IMG/VR virus record: IMGVR_UViG_3300019487_000001
Span: 1 to 64,000 of that record
Direction: 5' to 3' (one strand)
From: a virus
Length of the DNA: 64,000 bases
Position numbers and translations under genes: made by a program
Part shown: piece after piece, positions 45,015 to 54,177 of the stretch
Layout of the letters: every line of letters begins with the position of its first letter
Numbering within the stretch: position 1 is the stretch's first letter
The notes under the pieces: model-generated
The model's input: only the letters and a program-made list of their open reading frames with translations
Told to the model about the DNA's origin: nothing
Databases searched by the model: none

Positions 45015-45385
45015 TTGATTTCTTCTATCTTGCCAGTTTTATCGAAGTTGAGGCCAGAGCTTGGCGTCTTCAACTTTTTCCTGGGGAGAACTATACCTAC
45101 CCAGAACTTAAAACGATCAGGATAATGAAAATCAGCGGAGTCATCGATAGCTACATCTATATCCCAGATATCACATTCCTGATCTTTCTGGCCAGTCATG
45201 TGCAATTCGTCGTACTGAATACCGTATAACGCAAGCTCATCAACGGTACACTCATGGTGGTACACCGGATGTCTATATGTAATGATATGGATCTCATGCC
45301 CCGCAGCTTTAAGAGCAGAGATGATCGTAGCCATCACCTCAGGAGCTGGGGTTATCGTTTCATCTAGATCAAATGCAAACTTCAT
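45011..45385 (-). CDS. HAD-superfamily phosphatase-like protein
   Basis: Motif I FDLDETI at the N-terminus and a late acidic motif AIDDSAD. 124 aa. Confidence 0.55.
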   Translation of the reverse strand: MKFAFDLDETITPAPEVMATIISALKAAGHEIHIITYRHPVYHHECTVDELALYGIQYDELHMTGQKDQECDIWDIDVAIDDSADFHYPDRFKFWVGIVLPRKKLKTPSSGLNFDKTGKIEEIK

Positions 45386-45404
45386 AGAGTTAAGCCCCTT
45401 AGAG

Positions 45405-45650
45405 TTATTTCGATTTACCTACCATAACACGCTTGATCTCTACGGAATCAGCGTGAGTTCTAATGGCATCGGCAATTTCCATTGCCCGGTCCTTACTGAC
45501 GACACTAACCACGTTACTAGGATTATAGTCCAGTTCTATTGTAAGATCAATCTTGAATTGATCTTTTAGTATGGCACGGACAGCGTCCTTCGCCTTGACG
45601 TTATTAGCAATAACGTTCCAACGTTTACGTAAGCCTTTTCGGTTTACCAT
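45405..45650 (-). CDS. hypothetical protein
   Basis: 81-aa ORF. Confidence 0.5.
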   Translation of the reverse strand: MVNRKGLRKRWNVIANNVKAKDAVRAILKDQFKIDLTIELDYNPSNVVSVVSKDRAMEIADAIRTHADSVEIKRVMVGKSK

Positions 45651-45661
45651 GTCTGCACCTT

Positions 45662-46291
45662 TTATTTACGATTACAATGCCAAACTTCTTGAATCATGTT
45701 CACATGGCGCTTGCCGTTGGCGCTACCAATATATCCTTCCTGCCTAATACACTTGATACTCCAGCCGTACATGCGACAGTCCATACGTAAATTGTTCAGA
45801 GCTGCAATGACGCTAACCGGAATTCTTAGTCCTGCTCTTTGGTAGTATATCTTCAATCTATTAGTATTCCTGTGTGTTATAGCAAGCAGGAACTGGTCAG
45901 CAGCCAAAGACTTAGAACTGAAAATAGATCTAATACAGTCATCTACAGATGGACATTGATTACCGCAAAAATCCATGTTAAACAGATTGTGCGGTCCGCA
46001 CAAAGTTTCTATTTGGTCACAGATATCACCCTGTACCAAATTGATACCAGGGAGACCGAAGTTATTCTTGCGTTTTAGAGCAGCCACCATAGCATTGAAG
46101 ACAGGTCTCTTTCTTTCGACTACAAAAGTTTTACCGGGTACAAATGGAACCCGCCTGTGTAGAACACGAAGACTCATAAACTCAGGAGTTTCTAAACTGA
46201 TTGCAGAGATCGGCTGCTTAAGTATCATAGCACAATCCTTAGCTAGAAGCAGTCTTAACGCTCGCTTGTCATCACCATTGAAATGGTCCAT
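45662..46291 (-). CDS. hypothetical protein
   Basis: 209-aa ORF. No family recognised with confidence. Confidence 0.55.
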   Translation of the reverse strand: MDHFNGDDKRALRLLLAKDCAMILKQPISAISLETPEFMSLRVLHRRVPFVPGKTFVVERKRPVFNAMVAALKRKNNFGLPGINLVQGDICDQIETLCGPHNLFNMDFCGNQCPSVDDCIRSIFSSKSLAADQFLLAITHRNTNRLKIYYQRAGLRIPVSVIAALNNLRMDCRMYGWSIKCIRQEGYIGSANGKRHVNMIQEVWHCNRK

Positions 46292-46315
46292 AGTAGGGTC
46301 TCCTTAACCTTGGGT

Positions 46316-46765
46316 TTACAATAACGAATTAAATCTTTCGGTTATGCGTTCGGAAACCTCTTCGCCCATACCTATGGTATCCAACTTGACACACCCTAGA
46401 CAGCCATTCTGTTCGAAGAAGCTCATGAGCTTAAGAGCATCCTCCTCGCTCATATTCCGCCATTCTTCTATGACAGGCCGATTTTGGGATTCCACAAAAC
46501 TCTTACATTCCTTGAGTGCACTTAGGAATTGAGCTGCCAATCTAGCGTTGCTAGCCTGACGCAGGGACTTAATAACACCAATGATGTGACCATCTGTACG
46601 AATATCTTCGTACAACTTGAGCTTAAATATAAAGCGTCTAGTCTTTTGAGTTTCTTCGATCTCTTTCATGAGAGCGGTGGCAACCTGGGTGTCAACAACA
46701 CACGCAGCCACGTCTTTACACAGAGTGAGTAGCCGTTCTAATTGACCAGGTGTTACGTATGCCAC
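46316..46765 (-). CDS. hypothetical protein with C-terminal RFxxL motif
   Basis: 149-aa ORF ending ..RITERFNSLL. Confidence 0.55.
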   Translation of the reverse strand: MAYVTPGQLERLLTLCKDVAACVVDTQVATALMKEIEETQKTRRFIFKLKLYEDIRTDGHIIGVIKSLRQASNARLAAQFLSALKECKSFVESQNRPVIEEWRNMSEEDALKLMSFFEQNGCLGCVKLDTIGMGEEVSERITERFNSLL

Positions 46766-46773
46766 GATGATTC

Positions 46774-47160
46774 CTATTCTAGCGTAGGCGCTATATAATA
46801 GAACTCATCCCCTGTGGGGCTATCGTGGTGCCAGTTCTGTATCTTGATAACATATCCCTTCTCTGGATATGTAAGCACCCAGATCTTGAAAGTATTATCA
46901 GTCTTGGGAAGTACCTCGTTCAAGAAGTCTTGAGCGTCATTAGCATAGAATCGCTTAGTGCCATTTAACTTCCGCCAGCCAAAGTTCTCTACTCGAGCTG
47001 CCCATTCCCTACGCTTAGGGTTGACAGCATCGAGAAGACTTTGTATGTCTTCCAGTAAAAACTCCCAGGCAGTTTCAGCCCAGTCGTGGTCGTGCTCATT
47101 CTGAGCATCCCACTGAAGAAACGCTTCTTCTTTATCTACGATAGATGCTAGATCTAGCAT
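46774..47160 (-). CDS. hypothetical protein
   Basis: 128-aa ORF. Confidence 0.55.
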   Translation of the reverse strand: MLDLASIVDKEEAFLQWDAQNEHDHDWAETAWEFLLEDIQSLLDAVNPKRREWAARVENFGWRKLNGTKRFYANDAQDFLNEVLPKTDNTFKIWVLTYPEKGYVIKIQNWHHDSPTGDEFYYIAPTLE

Positions 47161-47245
47161 ATCAAAATCCTCCTACTATCAGCATTCCTATCAGGAATCC
47201 GATAATAATAATCCCAGCACGCTTAACATACTCTAACATAGTTTA

Positions 47246-47608
47246 TCACTTCTGTACGAGTGAACGGAATCGTTTGGTTTCAGGTAGCAATCCGGCTGCA
47301 CTTAATACATCTTCAGAGCTAATTAAGAACGCTTTACCCTTGGGGAGTTTAGAGACAAGCTTATCTTTGACCTGCTGATAAAGTTCAACGGCAAGCTTAT
47401 CGCTCTCGGTGGCATCTGCTACTAAGGCTAGTGCCAGCTGCGCTGGCCCTGAGCCACCATAGCCCCATTCAAAACCATCCGGAGAATGATTTCTTAAATC
47501 TAATCTCCATGGTAATACGTCTTGAAGGCTATGCCTGAAATCTTTTACGGTAACGATCCGTGAAGATGGATCGCTCTCATAGACTTTATGTAGATTATAG
47601 ATAGACAT
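47246..47608 (-). CDS. hypothetical protein (DUF6166-like core) with C-terminal RFxxL motif
   Basis: HSPDGFEWGYGGSGPAQLALAL core. Ends ..ETKRFRSLVQK. Confidence 0.5.
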   Translation of the reverse strand: MSIYNLHKVYESDPSSRIVTVKDFRHSLQDVLPWRLDLRNHSPDGFEWGYGGSGPAQLALALVADATESDKLAVELYQQVKDKLVSKLPKGKAFLISSEDVLSAAGLLPETKRFRSLVQK

Positions 47609-47730
47609 ATATTAATTTATCCTGACTTATCCGGACAATTTAATTACCCCATTGTGTCCGGGTAGACACCTAGTCTAAATCCAGTTTGGGTTTATACTTC
47701 TGCTTGCGGGGGATAATCTTACTCTTGTCT

Positions 47731-47994
47731 TTATGACGCCGAGTTGCTTTCCCTAGCACAAATGCGAGCGGAAGTCGCGGCAATAGCACGCCTAATGAAG
47801 GCTTCTTTACGCGCTTTTTCTTGCTCATACTGAATGTTATCCAAGATAAGATCAATCTCTACAGCGAGATAGATCGGGTCCATAGGGCTATACTCTAATC
47901 TATCGACGACAGCAAGCTGCTCTTCCATCGAGACATTGAGTCTATCCATGCGGTTGATCAAGTCAACTATAAGTTCTGCTCTAGGAAAGTTCAT
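47731..47994 (-). CDS. hypothetical protein
   Basis: 87-aa ORF. Confidence 0.45.
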   Translation of the reverse strand: MNFPRAELIVDLINRMDRLNVSMEEQLAVVDRLEYSPMDPIYLAVEIDLILDNIQYEQEKARKEAFIRRAIAATSARICARESNSAS

Positions 47995-48025
47995 TGCTCT
48001 TCTCCTTGTGTTTTCTTTTCTGTCT

Positions 48026-48544
48026 CTATTCGTGATACGGTATAGATAACTCTACCATGTCATCTACCATGTCAGCTAAAAGACTGAATCTAGTAGGTTC
48101 ATAGAGAACACTTTGTAAACCCAACAGTTTCTCACGATCCTGTTGTTGAATACTACACCAATTTTTTACTATAGAACGTGAGCCATGAACACAGGCGGGC
48201 ATATACCAATGCATCCACTTGATCCAATCCGTAAGACACTTACCGTTGATCCAGTCAGCCTGGTAGGCAGTGTCGATCAGGTCGTGAGAGAACAGGGCTG
48301 TCTGAAATCCTCCGCCAGGTATACCACATAAAAAATATAGGAGAATACCATGGCGCATCTCCTGGTTAGGCATCTCGGTTACATGTAGTAGATCGAGGAG
48401 TTTTTGATGAACTAGAATCTTAGCGCCTGGGGCCAGATCCTTTCTTGATACATATATGGCAGCAACCTGGCTCTGCAAAATGGATTTCTTGGATTCCACG
48501 TTCTCCACAGTAGAGACAGGTGTCTCGGGTTCCGTGTTTTTCAT
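48026..48544 (-). CDS. hypothetical protein
   Basis: 172-aa ORF. Confidence 0.55.
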   Translation of the reverse strand: MKNTEPETPVSTVENVESKKSILQSQVAAIYVSRKDLAPGAKILVHQKLLDLLHVTEMPNQEMRHGILLYFLCGIPGGGFQTALFSHDLIDTAYQADWINGKCLTDWIKWMHWYMPACVHGSRSIVKNWCSIQQQDREKLLGLQSVLYEPTRFSLLADMVDDMVELSIPYHE

Positions 48545-48647
48545 AATGCTTTTCCTCGGCTATTCTTGCCTGACCGGCAAGCATCTCTTCGTACGCATCA
48601 GCGTCAGCGAAGTTCTTATCTATCTTGGCTTCTTTTTCATAGTTCAT
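48420..48647 (-). CDS. hypothetical small protein (3' half overlaps the next gene)
   Basis: 75-aa ORF. The N-terminal half looks protein-like. Confidence 0.35.
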   Translation of the reverse strand: MNYEKEAKIDKNFADADAYEEMLAGQARIAEEKHYEKHGTRDTCLYCGERGIQEIHFAEPGCCHICIKKGSGPRR

Positions 48648-48868
48648 AAGAATTCCTTTGGAATCTTATTTCCATATACTTAGAATATGGCGACCGCACC
48701 AGTGCGCGACTCTGGATCTTTCCCTATTCAGGGAACGATTGCTTTCTCTATACGGTCTTTAATATATATATTCACTAATCCACTAATGTATATAGATCAC
48801 TGCGTTCATAAAATACGCACGATCCCTACCTCTTTTAGATCTTTTCTTCGTAAAGTTTCTCCTTCGAG

Positions 48869-49213
48869 TTACGGCAGTGGATCTTTGACTTGCGCAGCAG
48901 GTGATCTCTTATCATATAAGAATTCACCAGTGCCCCATCCTAGAGTTTGCCAACGTTTGATACGCTGTTCGCATGACTCACAACACTTAGCATCAGCACC
49001 TGGCAGACTATGAATACGTTTGTATTCTCTGCTAATTATTCGAAGTATGTCTTGGCTTGTTCTTGCTGCAGCCAAAGCAGCAGCCATATGAACATCTTGG
49101 TTAATATGTGAAGGCAATGGACCACTGGCCATCATAGCGCCTTCCAGGTCTGCTCCAGCTTCGAAGAGTACATTCTCTAGGAAGTTAATAAACTCTTCAT
49201 GTTTCTTATCCAT
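48869..49213 (-). CDS. hypothetical protein
   Basis: 114-aa ORF. Confidence 0.5.
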   Translation of the reverse strand: MDKKHEEFINFLENVLFEAGADLEGAMMASGPLPSHINQDVHMAAALAAARTSQDILRIISREYKRIHSLPGADAKCCESCEQRIKRWQTLGWGTGEFLYDKRSPAAQVKDPLP

Positions 49214-49219
49214 GATAAA

Positions 49220-49861
49220 CTACCCCCTAAAGTTGAGTTGCATCTGCTTACTATTTATAGCAGTTCTGTACAGCACACCCTTATATGGTACCAGTAGAGC
49301 CTGAAGTTCTGTGGGGTTAGCATTAGGATCTAACCATCGCTTTGCATCTTCTAGATCTAGGACAACCGGCATCCTGTGATGCGCAGGTCTTACAATAGCA
49401 CTAGGTTCGCATGTTATGACAGTACAGCCTTGTTGTGGCGTGATGAACTTATTAGTATCCCACAGTCCAGCCAGCCACATAGTGCCATGATCTGGTCTCT
49501 CGAATCTACATTCCATTTCACCATGACCTTCATATAAGGCATCAACTGGAACTATGCATCTCTTATGAGATACCAATTCTTTGAATGATGGCTTATCCAG
49601 TAAACTCTCAGCACGGGCGTTATAGAAACTCATGCTCTGAGCTCTTTGCTCGTTGGCCCATGACGGAGTCAAGCCCCATCGCATAGTAATTACTTGATAG
49701 TCTGTAGATGTAGACTGAATCACCGGGATCGTATTGCCAGGCACCTGATCGCCGGATTTGCTTTGTCCCAGTGTATAACCAATACTGGCTATGGCGCATC
49801 CAAAATCCTGTTGCATCTTTCTGATACTCCAGGACTTATAGAATGTAGACTTACCACACAT
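49220..49861 (-). CDS. SRAP (YedK/HMCES-like) abasic-site processing protein
   Basis: N-terminal MCG (catalytic Cys2), RWGLTPSW, YNARAES, RCIVPVDALYE, HHRMPVVL. Confidence 0.85.
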   Translation of the reverse strand: MCGKSTFYKSWSIRKMQQDFGCAIASIGYTLGQSKSGDQVPGNTIPVIQSTSTDYQVITMRWGLTPSWANEQRAQSMSFYNARAESLLDKPSFKELVSHKRCIVPVDALYEGHGEMECRFERPDHGTMWLAGLWDTNKFITPQQGCTVITCEPSAIVRPAHHRMPVVLDLEDAKRWLDPNANPTELQALLVPYKGVLYRTAINSKQMQLNFRG

Positions 49862-49864
49862 GTT

Positions 49865-50422
49865 CTACTTCTCCCAGTTACACTTATTGCAAGTAAACTT
49901 GCCTTTAACCATTGATACGGTATTACCCAGCCTACAGCTAGGACAATCACCGTGTTGTAGCCAGTAATCCTTATCTGATAGATCAGGTGACTTACGCGGA
50001 TCAACTAATTCTAGTGGTGAAGACTGGTATCTTAGCAGCGTGCGATCATAACGTTCGTTTGTGTTTTCCAGTAGCATGATAGTCTGAGAGTTTTCATAAC
50101 CCATAGCTATCACTTCATAGATACCTGAAAGTTCAGGATCTTTGGCATATTTAACCAGCGAACCTTTCACAATAGGCTTAGCGTTACGGTCGAGAAACAA
50201 TGATGCGAACTTTTCTTCTTCATCGGAAGGAAGATCTATTTCTTCAACGATCTGTGTGTCATCTTGTTCTGAGTCATTGGTATTATACTCGAGATCACAC
50301 TCTAATTGATCAATTGCCTCGGCGAGTATATATGCATCATCTAGAGAGTCTGCAATGACATTAACACGAGCAGAGGAATACTCTCTGCGACAAAGATCTA
50401 CTGTGTAAGTTTTCTTACCCAT
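49865..50422 (-). CDS. hypothetical protein with C-terminal zinc ribbon (paralog of 37772..38326)
   Basis: C-terminus DYWLQHGDCPSCRLG..TCNKCNW. Confidence 0.55.
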   Translation of the reverse strand: MGKKTYTVDLCRREYSSARVNVIADSLDDAYILAEAIDQLECDLEYNTNDSEQDDTQIVEEIDLPSDEEEKFASLFLDRNAKPIVKGSLVKYAKDPELSGIYEVIAMGYENSQTIMLLENTNERYDRTLLRYQSSPLELVDPRKSPDLSDKDYWLQHGDCPSCRLGNTVSMVKGKFTCNKCNWEK

Positions 50423-50433
50423 GATGCAATCTC

Positions 50434-50703
50434 CTAATACTTAAGGTTCTCTGAATCTTGATCTTTCTCTGGTGTACATTGTACCCAGAAGCTAGGAACA
50501 TCTTCGCTATAGTTATCATATACGATAACCAGATCGGTATACCTACCGCTCTCGCTTCGAGACTCTTCGTTGATCTCAAAATTCTCGCCATACTCGGATT
50601 TGAGATGAGCGATTAATTGCTCATTGTTATGAGCTAGGAATACGTGATGTCCGACAAGATCATTCTCGTCCATTTCTGCCACTGTATAATTAACGGGTCT
50701 CAT
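50434..50703 (-). CDS. hypothetical protein
   Basis: 89-aa ORF. Confidence 0.5.
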   Translation of the reverse strand: MRPVNYTVAEMDENDLVGHHVFLAHNNEQLIAHLKSEYGENFEINEESRSESGRYTDLVIVYDNYSEDVPSFWVQCTPEKDQDSENLKY

Positions 50704-50705
50704 AT

Positions 50706-51179
50706 CTAGCCTCCTGGACTTATAATATAGAATCTATCATCAAGTAATGGTTCGATTGCTGGCTTCACTATTTTTTGCCAATCAAGTCTACCATTTCCAC
50801 AGCCAGGCCTAGGTATAACTATTTTTTGTAGTTCTGTGATCGAAGCAATCCTAGAGATTTGACGACATGAATCTAGAATAAGATCTAAGTCAGCGTCATC
50901 TCCCCAGTGGTATTTAACAGGAAAACTAAGGACAGCAGTTGTGAATGGCTTTTCGGAAGTTGGTCGTATTGTGTGGAATCCTAAGAAGTGAACTATGTTA
51001 CCAGCCTTCTTGATACGCTGCCCAAGGGTTAAGTCAATACCAGGGAATAGCTTAGTCGCTTCCAGAGCACAGCCTCTACCCATGACACAAGCACCATCCT
51101 TACGGACGATACCATTAGTTGTTATACAGATAGCGTCAGCCATAGGCTGGTAAAATAGATTACCGGTTATCTCGATCAT
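50706..51179 (-). CDS. macro-domain (ADP-ribose binding/hydrolase) protein
   Basis: Start taken at MIEITGNLF. DAICITTNG..GACVMGRGCA and RPGCGNG are macro-like motifs. Confidence 0.6.
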   Translation of the reverse strand: MIEITGNLFYQPMADAICITTNGIVRKDGACVMGRGCALEATKLFPGIDLTLGQRIKKAGNIVHFLGFHTIRPTSEKPFTTAVLSFPVKYHWGDDADLDLILDSCRQISRIASITELQKIVIPRPGCGNGRLDWQKIVKPAIEPLLDDRFYIISPGG

Positions 51180-51516
51180 AAAAGATCTCCACTGGTTTAC
51201 CGAGCTCTCGAGCAAACTCTAGGGCACTTAGAGTTCCACGACTCTTACCGTCCCAAAATGCTACGACTTTATCAGCCGCAGCAACAATATCTCTATTACG
51301 TGCTATGGGGGCATAGCGGCCAGGATATTTATTATAATCAGGTTTATAAATCTCGCATGTGATGCCAAGCGCACGGGCTTGCTCTTCACCAGCTGAGTCA
51401 ACTCCACGTGCACTACCGGATACTAAGATATCACCATCACAAAAGTTATCGTGTACATAGGTATGAACACGACTAAGGTCACTGAAATCTCTAGAGCCAA
51501 TAATCGCAATCTTCAT
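51160..51516 (-). CDS. SLOG-fold DUF2493/YspA-like protein
   Basis: ATG at 51516 follows GAGGAG. Motifs KIAIIGSRDF, VSGSARGVDS, APIARNRDIV, VAFWDGKSRGT. Confidence 0.7.
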   Translation of the reverse strand: MKIAIIGSRDFSDLSRVHTYVHDNFCDGDILVSGSARGVDSAGEEQARALGITCEIYKPDYNKYPGRYAPIARNRDIVAAADKVVAFWDGKSRGTLSALEFARELGKPVEIFYDRDNR

Positions 51517-51530
51517 AGTATTTCTCCTCA

Positions 51531-52013
51531 CTATCCTTGCCCCTCACTGCGTTCGGAGCAGGGCGTTCGGAGTATTTCTCCAGAGAATAATTCTATAACG
51601 CTGTCAGCGTTCTTTTCTGTTAAACCTATACGAGATTCGGTTTTAACTAGACGGGATATAAGATCACCCATGTCACTGTCGTCATCTAGGATAACGAACT
51701 CAGTGACTTCAGGATGTTCATTGAGCCATACACATATCTCTGCACCCCTTGTACTTGAGTATTGCAAGTCTGGAGTGACATCGATCATGCTTGTAGCATA
51801 ACTGAATCCCTCGTTCTCAAAGTGATCCTGTAACCAGCCCAGAGATTTACCTATTCTCCAAGTACTGGAGATAACAATCTTTAGGTCTGGCACATAACGA
51901 AAGATTCTATTGAGCTGAGTGACAGGTCCACGCGCAAATGTATTGATGTTGCCAGGGGTGATGTTCTAACCCGTCCAAAGGACGCCGTCTATATCTAGGA
52001 AGATGACTTTCAT
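51531..52013 (-). pseudogene. HAD-like phosphatase gene interrupted by one in-frame TAG
   Basis: The ATG at 52013 gives MKVIFLDIDGVLWTG, then TAG (51966-51968). The same frame continues NITPG..VPDLKIVISSTWR.. into track ORF 51531..51893. The catalytic DxDG motif lies upstream of the stop. Confidence 0.6.
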
Positions 52014-52025
52014 ATTTCCCTGGTC

Positions 52026-52628
52026 TCACTTAGTGAGAGGTTTCTGATCAACCAGATCTAATTTGCTTAGATGCTTCTTCACAAGTGATTGATAGATAAG
52101 GGCCTTTTCATAGGTAAAACTATGATAACAGGTCCATGGCTCTAGTTTTGTTTTAGGATCACGCTTGACTGCTGAACATTCACGAATGTACTGAGCAGCG
52201 AGTATGGAATTAAGCTTCCAATCAACCGTGATTTCTTGAATGGTATATGGCCTATTTTTACCAGTAATCTGGTGACCAAAATTCAATTGGAATAAGCCGA
52301 GATCGTTATTGTTGACAGCATCAGTCTTAAAAGAACTTTCCTGATATGCTATTGCTATGAGGAGCTTAGAGTCAACACCGAATGTTTCGGATACGAAATG
52401 GATATGATTACCCATCTCCTCGGCATTCTTCATCTTGGGACTAAGAGCCAATATGTATTTCTCTTCTATGACAGCAGACGGGCTAGGCTGAGAGACAGCC
52501 TGATCTTGAACCTTGTTCGTATTCTGTTGTCCCAACAGAAAGCCTACCACTAATGTGAGCGTAGTAAGCCCCAGGACAAATAATCCTTTTGTCGTGGGTC
52601 GTATGGTATTAGGGATAGCGATATCCAT
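52026..52628 (-). CDS. membrane-anchored lytic transglycosylase (SLT domain)
   Basis: N-terminal TM segment. AIAYQESSF (catalytic Glu) and DLGLFQLN. Confidence 0.7.
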   Translation of the reverse strand: MDIAIPNTIRPTTKGLFVLGLTTLTLVVGFLLGQQNTNKVQDQAVSQPSPSAVIEEKYILALSPKMKNAEEMGNHIHFVSETFGVDSKLLIAIAYQESSFKTDAVNNNDLGLFQLNFGHQITGKNRPYTIQEITVDWKLNSILAAQYIRECSAVKRDPKTKLEPWTCYHSFTYEKALIYQSLVKKHLSKLDLVDQKPLTK

Positions 52629-52643
52629 AACGTATACTCCTTC

Positions 52644-52985
52644 TTACATGTCGTCGAACTTTCCTTCCAGATAGTCGTTCATCAGATTTTTAATCCTTAG
52701 AGCGCCACCTGGATTCATTGAGTGAACTAGGAACTTCTTGACAGGTATTTTGTTTTCTACAATCCACCATGCACAGTCATATCCTGTGCGTTCACGCACG
52801 CCATACACCTTGCCTTCGGCTTCGGTTGCTGCCTGCTGTAGGTCATCGAGATCATGATCAAATGATATGATCTCAGGTGTACCATTCTTCTTGATGAATT
52901 CGACGAATTCATCGTATGACCGCACGACATCCCATTCAAGGGATGGCGGCGGTCTCAAGTCATCTAAAAAGAGTTTATATGACAT
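52644..52985 (-). CDS. cyclic-phosphate-processing receiver-like (cREC) domain protein
   Basis: KLFLDDLRPPP..W.VVRSYDEFVEFI...PEIISFDHDL matches the LDD.R.P...SLDHDLG pattern of this phage-common domain, as I remember it. Confidence 0.45.
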   Translation of the reverse strand: MSYKLFLDDLRPPPSLEWDVVRSYDEFVEFIKKNGTPEIISFDHDLDDLQQAATEAEGKVYGVRERTGYDCAWWIVENKIPVKKFLVHSMNPGGALRIKNLMNDYLEGKFDDM

Positions 52986-53194
52986 GTTATTTGTCTCCTT
53001 ACGCTGCGCTTCAGTCGACGGGATCTTTTCTTTATCCTAGTCGTCTAACTCCACCGTTAAACTTCTTCTTATGCTACGCAGTTGTCAGGTCAATGTCTTG
53101 ACAGGATTTGCCTTCGGCACGAGAGAGGAGCGGAGCTCATCAAGCGTATATTGGTTTGAATTGACGATTACGTCAATTGATACCAATAATTATA

Positions 53195-53464
53195 TTAGGT
53201 AATCGGAGATTTTACAAGGCCTATCCATGATAACACAGTCCATCCGGCTGCGACTATCATGATAACCCCTCCAGCTACGAAGTAGTAGAGCAGTCCCCCG
53301 ATCACAGCCATGCCTGCGATACGGGCGACGGGGAACCATTTCTTATCTTTGTATGGAACAATCTTCTGGTTAGTGTCAATGAACTTATTGACCTTACCAG
53401 AAGCATAGAAATAAGTCGTGAACCACGCACCGATGATTGCTGCTGTTAGGAATATGGCAAGCAT
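53195..53464 (-). CDS. small membrane protein
   Basis: Three hydrophobic segments. Confidence 0.5.
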   Translation of the reverse strand: MLAIFLTAAIIGAWFTTYFYASGKVNKFIDTNQKIVPYKDKKWFPVARIAGMAVIGGLLYYFVAGGVIMIVAAGWTVLSWIGLVKSPIT

Positions 53465-53475
53465 ACTATTTCTCC

Positions 53476-53841
53476 TTATCTACCGAACTCACTATCGTCT
53501 TGTATCAAGCCCGCTTCTTTTAGAACCAGGATGGTTGCAACGAGTTGACCATTGTCGAGTTCTTCATGCGGGGATCCATTATGAAGATCGTCCTGCATAT
53601 AACCAATCTCGCTCTGCATGAGTTCCATGAGAGGCTTAAGATCGTTATCAAAGGCATTCTGGAATGTCTTACCGTGTAGCCAATGCAGCACGCGAATCAT
53701 TCCCTTAATCGTAACAAGCAGGGCTTCTTTACGATTGGTGACTTCAATGACTTTACCATAATCCAAGGCATAGTCTTTTCTGTTTTCCATGATAAGTCTC
53801 CTAGTTAATAGGGCCTTTAAGTTCCACATTGCCTTCAGCAT
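53476..53841 (-). CDS. hypothetical protein
   Basis: 121-aa ORF. Confidence 0.5.
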   Translation of the reverse strand: MLKAMWNLKALLTRRLIMENRKDYALDYGKVIEVTNRKEALLVTIKGMIRVLHWLHGKTFQNAFDNDLKPLMELMQSEIGYMQDDLHNGSPHEELDNGQLVATILVLKEAGLIQDDSEFGR

Positions 53842-54088
53842 CTACATGCGCGAAGTCAATGGGATGTTCTTTAGAGGCCTCGGTTATATAATCGGACGTT
53901 GTTTGCATATTCATTTTTACCTCACCATCTATGGTTATCACCACAGTCAGTGGGTATTTGTCCTCGCTACCACCATCAGTAATGATGTGGTGCGCGGTAT
54001 CAAACAATTTGTAGGTCTTACCATCCCTACCCAGATATGCGTGCATTCTCTCGTTAGCACGATCGTATAAGAATTTGCCTTCGCCCAT
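53801..54088 (-). CDS. hypothetical protein
   Basis: 95-aa ORF. Confidence 0.5.
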   Translation of the reverse strand: MGEGKFLYDRANERMHAYLGRDGKTYKLFDTAHHIITDGGSEDKYPLTVVITIDGEVKMNMQTTSDYITEASKEHPIDFAHVDAEGNVELKGPIN

Positions 54089-54133
54089 GTTACGATCCTC
54101 CTATGATTATTAGTTGTCCCTAATGTTAAAACA

Positions 54134-54165
54134 GGGACCCGGTAGCATGGCGCTACCAGGCCCCC
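54134..54165 (-). terminator. probable intrinsic terminator (imperfect twin of 55504..55537)
   Basis: gggacccggtagc-atggc-gctaccaggcccc. The minus strand continues tgttttaac. Confidence 0.45.
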
Positions 54166-54177
54166 GACAGGAGGCCG

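Noticed and set aside
51966-51968. Genome-wide TAG reassignment (amber recoding)
   Set aside because: TAG terminates well-delimited genes elsewhere (for example 1638..2390, 16541..16957, 62325..62720). No other adjacent same-frame ORF pairs separated by a TAG were seen, and no CUA-anticodon tRNA is visible.
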